A stretch of 64,000 bases of DNA, from positions 1 through 64,000 of the IMG/VR virus record IMGVR_UViG_3300027800_000004, one strand, 5' to 3'. The notes beneath the pieces are model-generated. The model did not search any database. It was not told the DNA's origin and worked only from the letters and a program-made list of their open reading frames with translations. Positions 1 to 10,300 of the stretch are shown here, in pieces. The number at the start of each line of letters is the position of its first letter. Positions within the stretch are counted from its first letter, which is position 1. Position numbers and translations under genes: made by a program. Origin of the DNA: a virus.

Positions 1-740
1 CCGGCCTCATCATTATCGGTTGAAAATATCAACTGGTCCACGTTGTCCGGGTGGAAGAAGCTCTGTACATACGGATCCTCCGCATACGCAAACTCTTCTT
101 TGAAGTTCTTGGCCTTTGGGGATGGTGCGCCCTGCGGAACGCTTACGGCATTGTTATATCCACATTGTTTCCATGTGAGCATGTCAATCTCTCCCTCCGT
201 GATAATGACAGTCCTATTCTTCTGTATCTCGTCATCACTCTCAAAACTGATGGATTGCATACCCCAGAATATAGGCTTTGACCCGTATTCTTTCTTCATC
301 TGCCACCACTTCAATCCGGCCTCTTCTGAATTATACCTAACATTGAGGTATTTGACATTCACCAGTGTCATATTAATGAATGAAGGAAATCCAAGAACCG
401 GATTGCCTTTTACAGTATATTCAAATACTTTCTCTCTGATAGCTATCGCGGGATCTATGCCTCGCCTCTTAAAATAATCGCGGACCTCAGTCGTAAATAT
501 GGATGCCGGTTGCTTGGGCATACGACTATGCTCAACAACTTCCTTATACTTATCCTGTATATCAAGGTTTCCGCTAAAATTGCAATGATGGCACTTGTAC
601 CACCGGTTCCCCGGCTCGTCATTGACAGTCAGGCACGGTACATTCTTGTGCTTCTTTCTGCTCTCATTGCATTTCGGACAAATAGTGTAGTATCGGGATG
701 CCCCCGACTTGGTATGGATCCCCAGCTCCTCAAACGTCAT
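1..740 (-). CDS. Primase-helicase (T7 gp4/Twinkle-like), N-terminal Zn-finger + TOPRIM; runs off the window edge
   Basis: Not in the ORF track; translated by hand: MTFEELGIHTKSGASRYYTICPKCNESRKK...WYKCHHCNFSG (Zn ribbon), IITEGEIDML...AVSVPQGA...STDNDEAG (TOPRIM). Start overlaps the upstream stop as ATGA at 737-740. Confidence 0.85.
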   Translation of the reverse strand, partial: MTFEELGIHTKSGASRYYTICPKCNESRKKHKNVPCLTVNDEPGNRWYKCHHCNFSGNLDIQDKYKEVVEHSRMPKQPASIFTTEVRDYFKRRGIDPAIAIREKVFEYTVKGNPVLGFPSFINMTLVNVKYLNVRYNSEEAGLKWWQMKKEYGSKPIFWGMQSISFESDDEIQKNRTVIITEGEIDMLTWKQCGYNNAVSVPQGAPSPKAKNFKEEFAYAEDPYVQSFFHPDNVDQLIFSTDNDEA

Positions 741-1078
741 GCCTTCAAGAATTTCTCGCTCTTCTCGTTTCGTAAGATAAACTTGGGACCTGTACCTTCC
801 GAATCCTGGAATGGATACACGGTATCAAACTCAAAGTAGATCTTACCTTCAAGAATGGAAGGTCTGGTCTTGTTTGTGATAGTAGATACCGGAAGTCCGG
901 ACAGGTTTGCGAACTGATTGACGGTAAAAACATTGTATCTCATCATGCTTTTAACCGCCAGTAATGGGAGGTTTCTCTTTATTGCCAGCTTCTCTACCAG
1001 CGCAGGATCAGTCTTTACGAACTTGCACTCTACGCTCTGGGCAACAATAACATTAACATCGTTTTCTGCTTCTGCCAT
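737..1078 (-). CDS. Small putative HTH DNA-binding protein
   Basis: 113 aa; FTVNQFANLSGLPVSTITNK is HTH-like; has its own upstream promoter element. Confidence 0.5.
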   Translation of the reverse strand: MAEAENDVNVIVAQSVECKFVKTDPALVEKLAIKRNLPLLAVKSMMRYNVFTVNQFANLSGLPVSTITNKTRPSILEGKIYFEFDTVYPFQDSEGTGPKFILRNEKSEKFLKA

Positions 1079-1100
1079 ATTTGCTGAATTAATTTCTCAA

Positions 1101-1131
1101 CAAATATAGCAAACAAATTTAATAAAACAAT
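1101..1131 (-). promoter_or_regulatory. Bacteroidota sigma70-type promoter for the replication genes
   Basis: TATATTTG (-7 consensus TAnnTTTG) at 1108-1101, with TTG 19 nt upstream. Confidence 0.6.
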
Positions 1132-1134
1132 ATT

Positions 1135-1584
1135 TCAATTAAAATTAAACGCCACTCCTGTCAGAAGAAAGAAATTTTTAGTAGAGATGTTGTACCCACC
1201 ACCGAAAGCAATGTATTGCCACAACTGTACGGTGCCGGCCAGAGAGATTTCTGCCGGAGACACCTCGCCTATGTCTGTGCCAAATAACACTATTGCGCTA
1301 AAGGCATAGTCCATATATGGCTCTCCGTTCTGTTCGGTAAAATGGCCTATGGTAAGACCTGTTCCCAAAGAAGATAGGGGGGTAACGAGAACCTGATCTG
1401 AGAAAGTGAACTGCATTGCTGATACCTGTACTACTGGCCGGAACAGCCATTGGACGTTTACCCCCCTATCGTTTGTTGGTATCTTATCCGGAACCCTTCC
1501 GAAGAAGTTGTTCCATTTGTCCTGGGCATTTAAGGATGTTGCAATAACTCCTAATAATGCCATAATTAGTAATGTCTTTTTCAT
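1135..1584 (-). CDS. Exported, probable small outer-membrane beta-barrel-like protein
   Basis: Signal peptide MKKTLLIMALLGVIATSLNA|Q; alternating amphipathic strands; aromatic C-terminus GVAFNFN. Confidence 0.55.
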   Translation of the reverse strand: MKKTLLIMALLGVIATSLNAQDKWNNFFGRVPDKIPTNDRGVNVQWLFRPVVQVSAMQFTFSDQVLVTPLSSLGTGLTIGHFTEQNGEPYMDYAFSAIVLFGTDIGEVSPAEISLAGTVQLWQYIAFGGGYNISTKNFFLLTGVAFNFN

Positions 1585-4500
1585 TTGTTCAGTTTTTTAT
1601 ATTCCTGTGCTTCTTCATACATTTTCACAAAATCAATACCTGGCTGATCCCATATCTCGCGGATCTTCGTGGCAAGATCTCTCACATCCTTTCCAACCTT
1701 GAGCATTAATGTCCTGTCTTTCTGAACATCTTCGCTGTAATAGGTCTTGATAACGCTATTGAGAAGGTCAACGTATGGATGCTGATATAACTTGTACTTC
1801 TTTGCCGTCTGGAGTACCCATTGAACATCTTTTGCTCCATATACAGGAGATGCGCGGAAGATACCCAGGTCAGTGATATCAAACTTCATCTCTCTCTGCG
1901 CTATCTTGCCCGTAAAGGCATCTGCGCCAAGTTCAACTCCCTTCAGCATGTATTCTCCATAGTAAGGGAACTGAGCCATGATGAAATCATCAACCATACG
2001 CGCATCCCACTTAGGCTCTCCACCAAGACCAGAGACTTTCTGTAATGCCTGGCCAATGACTGTTGCTCTTTCGGTATTGCGGAGAGATATTGAGATATCC
2101 ATCTCACTTGGAGGAATAATCCATTTATCCCGGAAGAAGTCTCTCTTGGTTGCTGCATGAAGTATTCCTGCAAAGCCACCGGTAAGTCCGGCAAAGTCAA
2201 ACGGGAAGAATGTCTTATACCCCAAACGATACCAATCCTCTGTAAATGCTTTGTCATCATTTAGTATCAGATTATCAAGGATCCTCTGTACTGATGATGC
2301 CATATAACCAAGTTCAAACGGCTTTGGTATTGATAGCCATCTACCATTGCCCAGGGGAATATTGAAATACATATCTCTCTGGTATGCCGGTAACTGCTTA
2401 TATTCCTCAATGGTGTCATCATCCATCTGTGCGATCAGGATACTGTTGGCCAGGGCCGGAGCCAGTGCTATCATTGCCCACCATGCTAAGAAGTTCCCTG
2501 GATTATCCCTGGCTGACCTCACAACCTTTGCCAGACCCCGTATTGCTGCATTGGAGAACACCACGAACTGATTAAGGCTCTTCATGTAGGTTCCTGCCAC
2601 ATGGAAGTCAAGAAGGTCCCTGGCCTCAAACGCTGCTCTTAAGGTAGCCTCATAAGGACTTAATCCCATCTTGATGCCCTTGTCGTATTCGGCCTTATAC
2701 AGACTTATACGGTTGATCTTCTCTGATTTTGAGAAGAAGTTGTCAATGTTATCCCAATTTGTTTGAACGAATGTCTTGAAATCCATAAAATACTTGTTGG
2801 GATCCTTGGAGTGTTTGAACATCCATTCTCTCTGCAGACGATAATAGTCAATCTGATTCTTGATATAAAATCCGAATTGACCACCACCAGTAAGATCGAG
2901 CATGTGTCCTGGCGTTTCTCCATAGAATAACATCTCTCTCTTGATGTTTGGCAATCCCTTTGCCCCGCCAACGATCAGCCTCGTAAAGAAGTCTCGTATT
3001 GGGTTCCTGATCATAAAAGGAAGTGAATGAGTCACCATTGTCCTTAATAGGCTTGGGAAGTACGTTGCCCATTTCGGGAACATTGGACTATCGTTCAACC
3101 CCTTGAGGCTGGCATAGACATACGGATCCTGTATGGTTATCCATAATGGCTTACCACGAATGAGGAATTTCAATGATGTTCCGGCTTGCCCTGGGATCTT
3201 TGTGATATATCCTATCCCGGCTATCTCAAACTTATCTTTATCGTAAAATTCCCTATCTCCTGTGAACGCCAAGGTCCATTGTCTGAGAACATTGTTCTTG
3301 TCCGTGTTTATAATAATAGAATGTGCGGTTTCAATCTGCACTAAATACGGGTCCACAATGGGATGAACGCTTCCTTTGATCGGATAAATGTGCAACCGGC
3401 CTTCATATCCCCTGCTATCCCTTCCTATGGAGTAGAAATCATTGAACCCTTTTATTTCCCAACTCTCTGTCCCAGGTCCATGTTCTCTGAAGTAACGATG
3501 GAAGGCAATATAATGCAGATCTTCAGTAGAGATAAGTTCATATAACTCATCACTCATTAATCCACCCTCCCAGGCATACCTGTTATAGTTCATCACATTT
3601 AACAGATACCTCCTATTGAACTCTTCAATCTGTTCTGCCTTTCTTGGATCGGAAAGTTTTAATGCCTCCCACTCCTTCTTCGTCTTGTCGGCAACCATCT
3701 TATCTGTTTCACCTTCCTGTGCTATGCCATAGATCGCATCATTATCATGGTTGTATCTGTCTGCCGGAAAGAAAACCTTGTCAGGATCAAGTTCACCTTT
3801 CATTATTTTGTTGACGATCCTGTTGATCTTTGCCGAATATTTATCCGCAATGTGCGGATACTTTCGCAATATATCCAAAGGAGGCAGCATGTCACCTGGT
3901 TGAGCAAGGTCTATCTTAACCTGTTTGCCGCCAAGTTTCCATATAACCTCAAGGATCCTGTCGGCTGCATTAAATCCATAAGCTAATTCCAAGAACTCTC
4001 TCATCTCCGGGAGACTGCTATCCGGTAATGCCTCATATTGCCAGGGGAAGCTGATAGCTTCACCAGTGATGGGATCTATCTGCCGTTCCAACTTATTGTT
4101 AGTAACGCCAAACATCATCATGTCACCAATCTTATCCATGCCACCAAGTAAAAGATGTGACAGAGTTATGAAATTCTCACTTGGAGGAACTTTCTTCGGA
4201 TCTTTAACATCTTTGTCTTTCTTCTTAGACATTGCCCATCTCCATGCCTTCTCTGCTATACGGCCTTCATCAAGCCACTTCAGAGCAAAGAGATCGAACT
4301 TTGTCACTACCCAATCACCCATCTTTGAGGATGGTTTAAACAGGCTTGTCCATCCCCAGGGAACCTTTCCTTCTTTCGGCAGTCCCCATTTGACATGTTT
4401 CCTCATCCGGTCAACACCACTGGCACCAAGATATTCTCTGAAATCGGTGCTGAGAACCTGTATGGCATCCCAGATCTTTGGACTCATGCGCTTAACTCTG

Positions 4501-7310
4501 GCCTCGAACCACCTGGTAAACTCCGGGAATGACCTTGCTGTTTCAGTAGGATTGACAAGATATGCACGGAAGAACTCTGCCACGCCCTCTTTCATCTTGT
4601 ACATCAGAGGATTCTTGTCTCCCTTGGGTGGATTACTCCCGAACTGCCATAGTTTCTTAAGTTCAGGTTGGAATAACCCGTATAATGGTTCTGCCTCCGG
4701 ACCAACCAGGCCGAACATATCATCAAGCCTGTGTCCAAGTTCATGCGTACCAACTTCCAATCTGCCTTTGAACAACTTATCAACAACAAGTTTTCCTATT
4801 GACGGTGTGTAGGATCCGGCCCCTCTTCTGACAGACTTATCCCAGAATATCTTCTGGTCAATAACATCAGCAAAATCCTTAAGTATCTGCCATATCGGTT
4901 TAGGCTCTTTCCCCTCAATAGGCTCCGGCTGTATCCTCTCGCCCATATTGGCTTTGCTCTTTGAGGCTTTTACCTCTGCCTCTGGCCTCTTCTCTCCATG
5001 ACCATTAATATTCTTGGTTGCTCTCTCAAACTCCCGAACCATGTTTATCCCACTTCCCTGGCTTGAGGATCCCTTTACTACATTATCGGCACGGACCTCA
5101 AAGGTTTCTCCGTAATGATCCTGTATGTATTGGAGCAATCCTTCAAGTCTTGGCTCAGACACAATACCGACCATCTTATCACCATGCACATTGAAGATCT
5201 TATCGTAAACAAACTCCTGCAGTCCTTTGTCTCCCCAATATTTCTCACCTCTGGACCTCGATGCCGGCACACGCAACTTATACTGGACCTGACCCTCATA
5301 GTTGGGTCTGTCTTTCATTATCTGGATATTGCCACTTGAACTCTCAACGTAGTCCATCGGTGACAATGCCTTGATGATATTCAATGCCCTTGTTGCAGGA
5401 ACAATAATGCGGTTCTTGTCCTCTTTCACATAGTTCTCCGGAAGCAATAATCCCTTCCGGACCGATCCATCCTGCATGGTATATTCTATGAGCCGGCCCT
5501 TGTATTTGGCCATGCCCTGCAGAATGTTTCCGGTAATAACAAATCTCTTCTCCCTGTTCCTGGCCGGCTTGAGTTTATCCCAATCCCGTCTGGTTTCCTC
5601 CTGCTCCATTCTGCCAATGCTATAAGAGTTGGCAATGATCTGGCTGACATGAGTATCCTTACTGGCCGGGATCCGGAACCTTCTGCGACTATCTGCCGTT
5701 GCAAAATTGAGCATGATATTGCTCGGTGCATAAGGATTAGATTTGGCTTCATTGATATCAAATCCCAGGAATACACCTTTATTCATTCTGATGAGTCCAA
5801 GTTGATCGTTCTCTGTGAATGGTACCTCAACCACCCTGCCAGGATAGAAGAACCTGATTAATTTCTCGGTCTTATCTTTTATGTAGGTTGCGCTATCAAG
5901 ATACATGTTTGTCATGGTCTGATGCTTATCCTCCATTTGCTCAAGCTGTTCTTTCAGCCACCACTCAATATCCTCGGCCCTTCCTTTCTTTCCTTCTGCC
6001 TCTTTGCGCTTGGCTGCTATGTTTGCATCAAAACTCACTTGGAGATCTGCTATCCTTTTCCCATATACAGCATCAACACCGGTCCTCATCTTCTCAATAA
6101 GTGCAACATTGTATTCATCATCAGACTTGCCGTCAAGGACAGCGTTCACAGCCTCGTCAATCTGGACCTTTGTTAAAGGTTTGCGTAAAATATCAACTTC
6201 GATTGTCTCCAGGGTAGTGTCATCTCCAAAGATCGAGATGCCTCCCTTGCCAATGATGACCACTTCTTTCTCAACTGTCACGGCATTTAATGGCTCATTT
6301 TTTACCTCCAGGTCATTCTGCCCACTGGCATTGAGATATTCAATCTCTGCATTATATCTCTGAATGATCTCAGTATAGAACTGTTCCTGTCTGTCAATAG
6401 GAAGAACGGCCAGCTTGCCGGTTATCTTATGAGCCAATCCGCTTGCGTCATCTTTTGTCAGATCAACGGGATCTCCCATGTCGCTATTCAGGTCCGGGTT
6501 CTCCCTCATGTATTCAAGGACAATCTTATCTCCGTACTTATTGAGGAAATCAGTTGTCTCAGTAATGGACTTGCTTGACTGCTGATTGGATGTGGTATTG
6601 GCATAGAGAGACTTCAGCTTCTTGGCATTCATCATCGCTATTCTCTTCTCTGCCGGTAAGACAGAAATGACATGGATATACTCAGGCTTATTCACCTGGT
6701 CTGCCCTGTTTATCCTACCATCCTTCTGAACTACCACGTTGACATCAAGATCCGGCTGAAGGTTTATCCCAACCCTTTGCTTGGTGTCATTGAATTTCGG
6801 TGAACTATGTGCAGACAACCCGGTGGATCCGGACACGTTGGCTATGATTGCCCAACCAGGTTCGTTGTTAAAACTGTTGATCAACTTGTTCTTGTTCGGC
6901 TTACGATTGGGAATATACTTGCCCTTCATGTAATCGTCAGTCAACTCAAACCTTGATTTACGGCCTGTTATCTCTGCAATCTTAAACCCTGCGTCCGTTA
7001 TTCCTTTTATGAGAACATCAATGGGAGATATCGTAATCCCGGTTGATACAGCTTTGATCTTTTCAATCAGTCTCTTATATTCTGCTGCACCCATCTCACT
7101 CAGGTCGGTGACATCCAACTGATGCGGCTCATGTACACCCGATGGAGTTTTTAAGGTATATCTCATCACTCCGTTCAGTCCTCTCTTAAGAACTTCCCGG
7201 AAGTCTGTTTCAATAGTCTCATTATAGTCCAGATTGAGATCGTCAATCATGGCCTCCATCGTGCTGCTTAAGGTAATGAATGGCTTCCTTCCTTTCCTTA
7301 ACTCATCCAC
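1581..7310 (-). CDS. C-terminal part of DarB-like polyvalent protein: Strawberry-notch helicase C domain, zincin metallopeptidase, LPD38-like domain
   Basis: AEITGRK, GSTGLSAH, QKDGRINRADQ (Sno helicase C motifs); HELGH zincin motif; YKQLPAYQRDMYFNIP...IPKPFELG (LPD38-like). Confidence 0.8.
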   Translation of the reverse strand: MDELRKGRKPFITLSSTMEAMIDDLNLDYNETIETDFREVLKRGLNGVMRYTLKTPSGVHEPHQLDVTDLSEMGAAEYKRLIEKIKAVSTGITISPIDVLIKGITDAGFKIAEITGRKSRFELTDDYMKGKYIPNRKPNKNKLINSFNNEPGWAIIANVSGSTGLSAHSSPKFNDTKQRVGINLQPDLDVNVVVQKDGRINRADQVNKPEYIHVISVLPAEKRIAMMNAKKLKSLYANTTSNQQSSKSITETTDFLNKYGDKIVLEYMRENPDLNSDMGDPVDLTKDDASGLAHKITGKLAVLPIDRQEQFYTEIIQRYNAEIEYLNASGQNDLEVKNEPLNAVTVEKEVVIIGKGGISIFGDDTTLETIEVDILRKPLTKVQIDEAVNAVLDGKSDDEYNVALIEKMRTGVDAVYGKRIADLQVSFDANIAAKRKEAEGKKGRAEDIEWWLKEQLEQMEDKHQTMTNMYLDSATYIKDKTEKLIRFFYPGRVVEVPFTENDQLGLIRMNKGVFLGFDINEAKSNPYAPSNIMLNFATADSRRRFRIPASKDTHVSQIIANSYSIGRMEQEETRRDWDKLKPARNREKRFVITGNILQGMAKYKGRLIEYTMQDGSVRKGLLLPENYVKEDKNRIIVPATRALNIIKALSPMDYVESSSGNIQIMKDRPNYEGQVQYKLRVPASRSRGEKYWGDKGLQEFVYDKIFNVHGDKMVGIVSEPRLEGLLQYIQDHYGETFEVRADNVVKGSSSQGSGINMVREFERATKNINGHGEKRPEAEVKASKSKANMGERIQPEPIEGKEPKPIWQILKDFADVIDQKIFWDKSVRRGAGSYTPSIGKLVVDKLFKGRLEVGTHELGHRLDDMFGLVGPEAEPLYGLFQPELKKLWQFGSNPPKGDKNPLMYKMKEGVAEFFRAYLVNPTETARSFPEFTRWFEARVKRMSPKIWDAIQVLSTDFREYLGASGVDRMRKHVKWGLPKEGKVPWGWTSLFKPSSKMGDWVVTKFDLFALKWLDEGRIAEKAWRWAMSKKKDKDVKDPKKVPPSENFITLSHLLLGGMDKIGDMMMFGVTNNKLERQIDPITGEAISFPWQYEALPDSSLPEMREFLELAYGFNAADRILEVIWKLGGKQVKIDLAQPGDMLPPLDILRKYPHIADKYSAKINRIVNKIMKGELDPDKVFFPADRYNHDNDAIYGIAQEGETDKMVADKTKKEWEALKLSDPRKAEQIEEFNRRYLLNVMNYNRYAWEGGLMSDELYELISTEDLHYIAFHRYFREHGPGTESWEIKGFNDFYSIGRDSRGYEGRLHIYPIKGSVHPIVDPYLVQIETAHSIIINTDKNNVLRQWTLAFTGDREFYDKDKFEIAGIGYITKIPGQAGTSLKFLIRGKPLWITIQDPYVYASLKGLNDSPMFPKWATYFPSLLRTMVTHSLPFMIRNPIRDFFTRLIVGGAKGLPNIKREMLFYGETPGHMLDLTGGGQFGFYIKNQIDYYRLQREWMFKHSKDPNKYFMDFKTFVQTNWDNIDNFFSKSEKINRISLYKAEYDKGIKMGLSPYEATLRAAFEARDLLDFHVAGTYMKSLNQFVVFSNAAIRGLAKVVRSARDNPGNFLAWWAMIALAPALANSILIAQMDDDTIEEYKQLPAYQRDMYFNIPLGNGRWLSIPKPFELGYMASSVQRILDNLILNDDKAFTEDWYRLGYKTFFPFDFAGLTGGFAGILHAATKRDFFRDKWIIPPSEMDISISLRNTERATVIGQALQKVSGLGGEPKWDARMVDDFIMAQFPYYGEYMLKGVELGADAFTGKIAQREMKFDITDLGIFRASPVYGAKDVQWVLQTAKKYKLYQHPYVDLLNSVIKTYYSEDVQKDRTLMLKVGKDVRDLATKIREIWDQPGIDFVKMYEEAQEYKKLNK

Positions 7311-7330
7311 TATTAAAGGAATGACATGCT

Positions 7331-10300
7331 TTACTTAATAGCGAGAAGCAACTGATTGACGATATTGAATACCTTGCTGAAATATGGATAGTTATCAACA
7401 CCCATATTAACAGTTCCCTTCTTAATCCCTGCACTTTCTCCCTCTTTCTTTACCTCTTTATCCAGGGCCTCGATAACCGGCTTGATATGCTGTCTCTGGA
7501 AGTCAATTATTTCGTGCATGATCTTGGTGACAGCATCATAGTCCTTGCGTAACTGCTGCCCAAGTTCCGGATTATAGAACATACTACCCTCTTCATCATT
7601 GCCAAGAACGTACCAGTTCCTTTCAATGTTCTCCATGTTGAGTTGTCTCCGGGTGAACTGTATGCTCTCTGCAAGCTGTGAGGATATTATTTCCTGTAAT
7701 GCAGGACCACCATTGACGATGGCGGCTACCAGGTCATCATAGGACATATTTGCCTCTCTCAGCACCGTTTTCATGGCATAGATTGGTAGGTTGTCCGGCC
7801 TTTTAGCGAATGTGGCAGACAAATAGACCCCACCCCTCGTTCTCTGTATAAACTCCTTAAAAAAGTTACCCGTGTTACTGGATCCGGAGGCATCATGGCT
7901 CTCATCCATGATGAAAATTGCGTTTGGAGCAATATTCAAGAAGAAATCCCTTCTTTTTAGGGCATTACCTTTATCAGTATTGAACTGCGAATATGTTGCC
8001 AGGACAAAATTAGTACCCTTCGGAAGCTCTCCTGTCTTTAACATTTGTTCATACTGCTTCTCACTCCAGATAAACATGGCCTCTTCCGTATTAGGCTTGT
8101 AGATCTTAGTCTTTTCTCCCTGATCTTCTTTGTTAAGTATGAATGGTATGTAATTCGGCTTGCCTATGTCGAACAGGTCCCGGTACATATCGGTGAATAG
8201 ATTTGCTGTCTTGGTTATGAACACCGGTATGTATCCATTCTCAATAGCATACGATATCACCCCTGCAGCGATCCTTCCTTTTCCTACACCTGTCTGATCT
8301 CCGATAATCGTAGCATCTCCGTTCTCTATATTGAATACGGACATACCAATACCATCAATCTGTGATCCATAAAGCGCGGCAGACAGGTCATCAAGACTGT
8401 TGTACTTGAGTTTTTCCATGACATACTGATCTATGTCACCGACCTCTGCCCTTAGTTGCATAAGTGCATCCTCAAGTTGTTGCGCCATTGCACCAGGCAC
8501 CATCTCGTTTCCGGAAGGTGTTCTGCTCAGTGGCACATACGGAATGACTGCATCTGTCTCCCGGTCTATCAGACCGAGGGATCTTCCAGTACGCTCAATA
8601 GGTTCTCTAGGCTGCTCTGGTGGTAGATCTCCTGGACTTGCCGGAGGTTGAACTGCTCCACGATCTCCGGTTTTCCGCTTAAACGGGTTCTCAAGGCCCC
8701 GAAGTGGCTTGTCATCTGTGGGCAACGGAGTATCTGGTCCACCTGGGCGGTCAGGCTCGTTTCCGGGACTTGGTTTATGTACATCTCCAGAAGTCGGCTT
8801 CTTTGTTTCTCCGGGACGTTCGCTAGGAGGGCCAGGTACCTCTCCCGGAGGGGGCTGTACAGGTCCGATATCTTCTGTATTCTTTGGGATGGATGAATTT
8901 CTACCACGAATAATCGTACTGTCTCTTCCGATGGCATCCATCTTGGATTGTAAAATAGCTTTTTCATGTGGGTCTGTCGTTATCTTGATTATTCTGTCAT
9001 AGAGTTCTGTCCATCCGGGGACAGGATTATCTCTCTCTGTTCTCTGTGGAGCAATACCTTCAAATGCCGGCTTACGGCCATTGATGAGGATCAGTCTGGT
9101 GGGATAAGAGGTTCCCATCTTTGAATAAAGCTCACCAGGGATCTGTATTACATCCTCTACATAGAAATTTGAATACAGCCAGTTAAAGAATTTGAGATCT
9201 CCCCCGGTCATGTATCCGTCTTTGTCGTATTTCGTATGATCACCTATAATGACTGATGCCTTGCCTTCGTCTGCAAGGTTCTCAAGTGCCATAGCTACCA
9301 TGTAGTGCGTACCTGAGAGTGTATAAGAATATTTCCCTGCTCCCTTGAAATCCCCTGTAACCTGTAATCCAAACGGAGGATTGGTATTGATGGCATAGAA
9401 TAGCGGATGGTCAAACTTATCCTTCAGGCTTTCCCTGGCATCGTAGTTACTCGCGCGATATCCCTGCGATACAAGACTACTGAACCGGTTGGGATCAATC
9501 TCATTGATGCGGACATTCTTCTGGTTAGCAAAAATCACCAATGCTCCGTGACCACCGGTGGGATCCAGTATTGACTGCACTACATCGGAGTTGGTATAAA
9601 CTCCCATCATATACCCAAGGGGTACGGGTGTGCTGTATTGCTGTAATTCCTTGACCTGGCTCGTTGCAAACCTGTCCTGTAATGGAAATGTATCATAGAG
9701 GGCAACAATGCGGTAGAAACGATCTGAGATCGTCAGAGAGGCATTTTGGGCAATACGTTTTGCCAACATCGTCAGAGCCATTTCTGCCTGATCCCTTATC
9801 GTGGTCAGATCCGTGATGCCAAACTCATCTTTGGCCATCCTCTTCAAATCTCCGGCATTGCCAATAGATACCCCATTATTGAGATAATATGCGATCCTGT
9901 TGGTGAAGAGATATTTTTTGAGATCTATCAGTTTCTTTTCTCCCTCTTTGATAGCCTCTTCAAGCTGAGTTATCCTTCTGACAATCTTCTCAGGTTTGGT
10001 CCTTTTGTCTCCTTTGGCTATTCTCCGGGCCTCTTGACCTATAAATAACAGAAGATCTCTTGGTGCTATTCCCCCAAAGTGATGCTGTAAGAAACGATAT
10101 GAGCCAATAGCATCCCAATCCATTCCTATATGAGCCATCCATCTCTCTACCTCATTCTCCAGGCGAAGAACATCGGCAAGTAATTCGGCCGGCACGTTTG
10201 CCATAATGTACGGCTCCAATGAATCACCAGTGCCATCTGCCTTATCCAACGTAGCAAAGATTGATCCTGATGTTATTCTGACCGGATCCCTTGGAACGAA

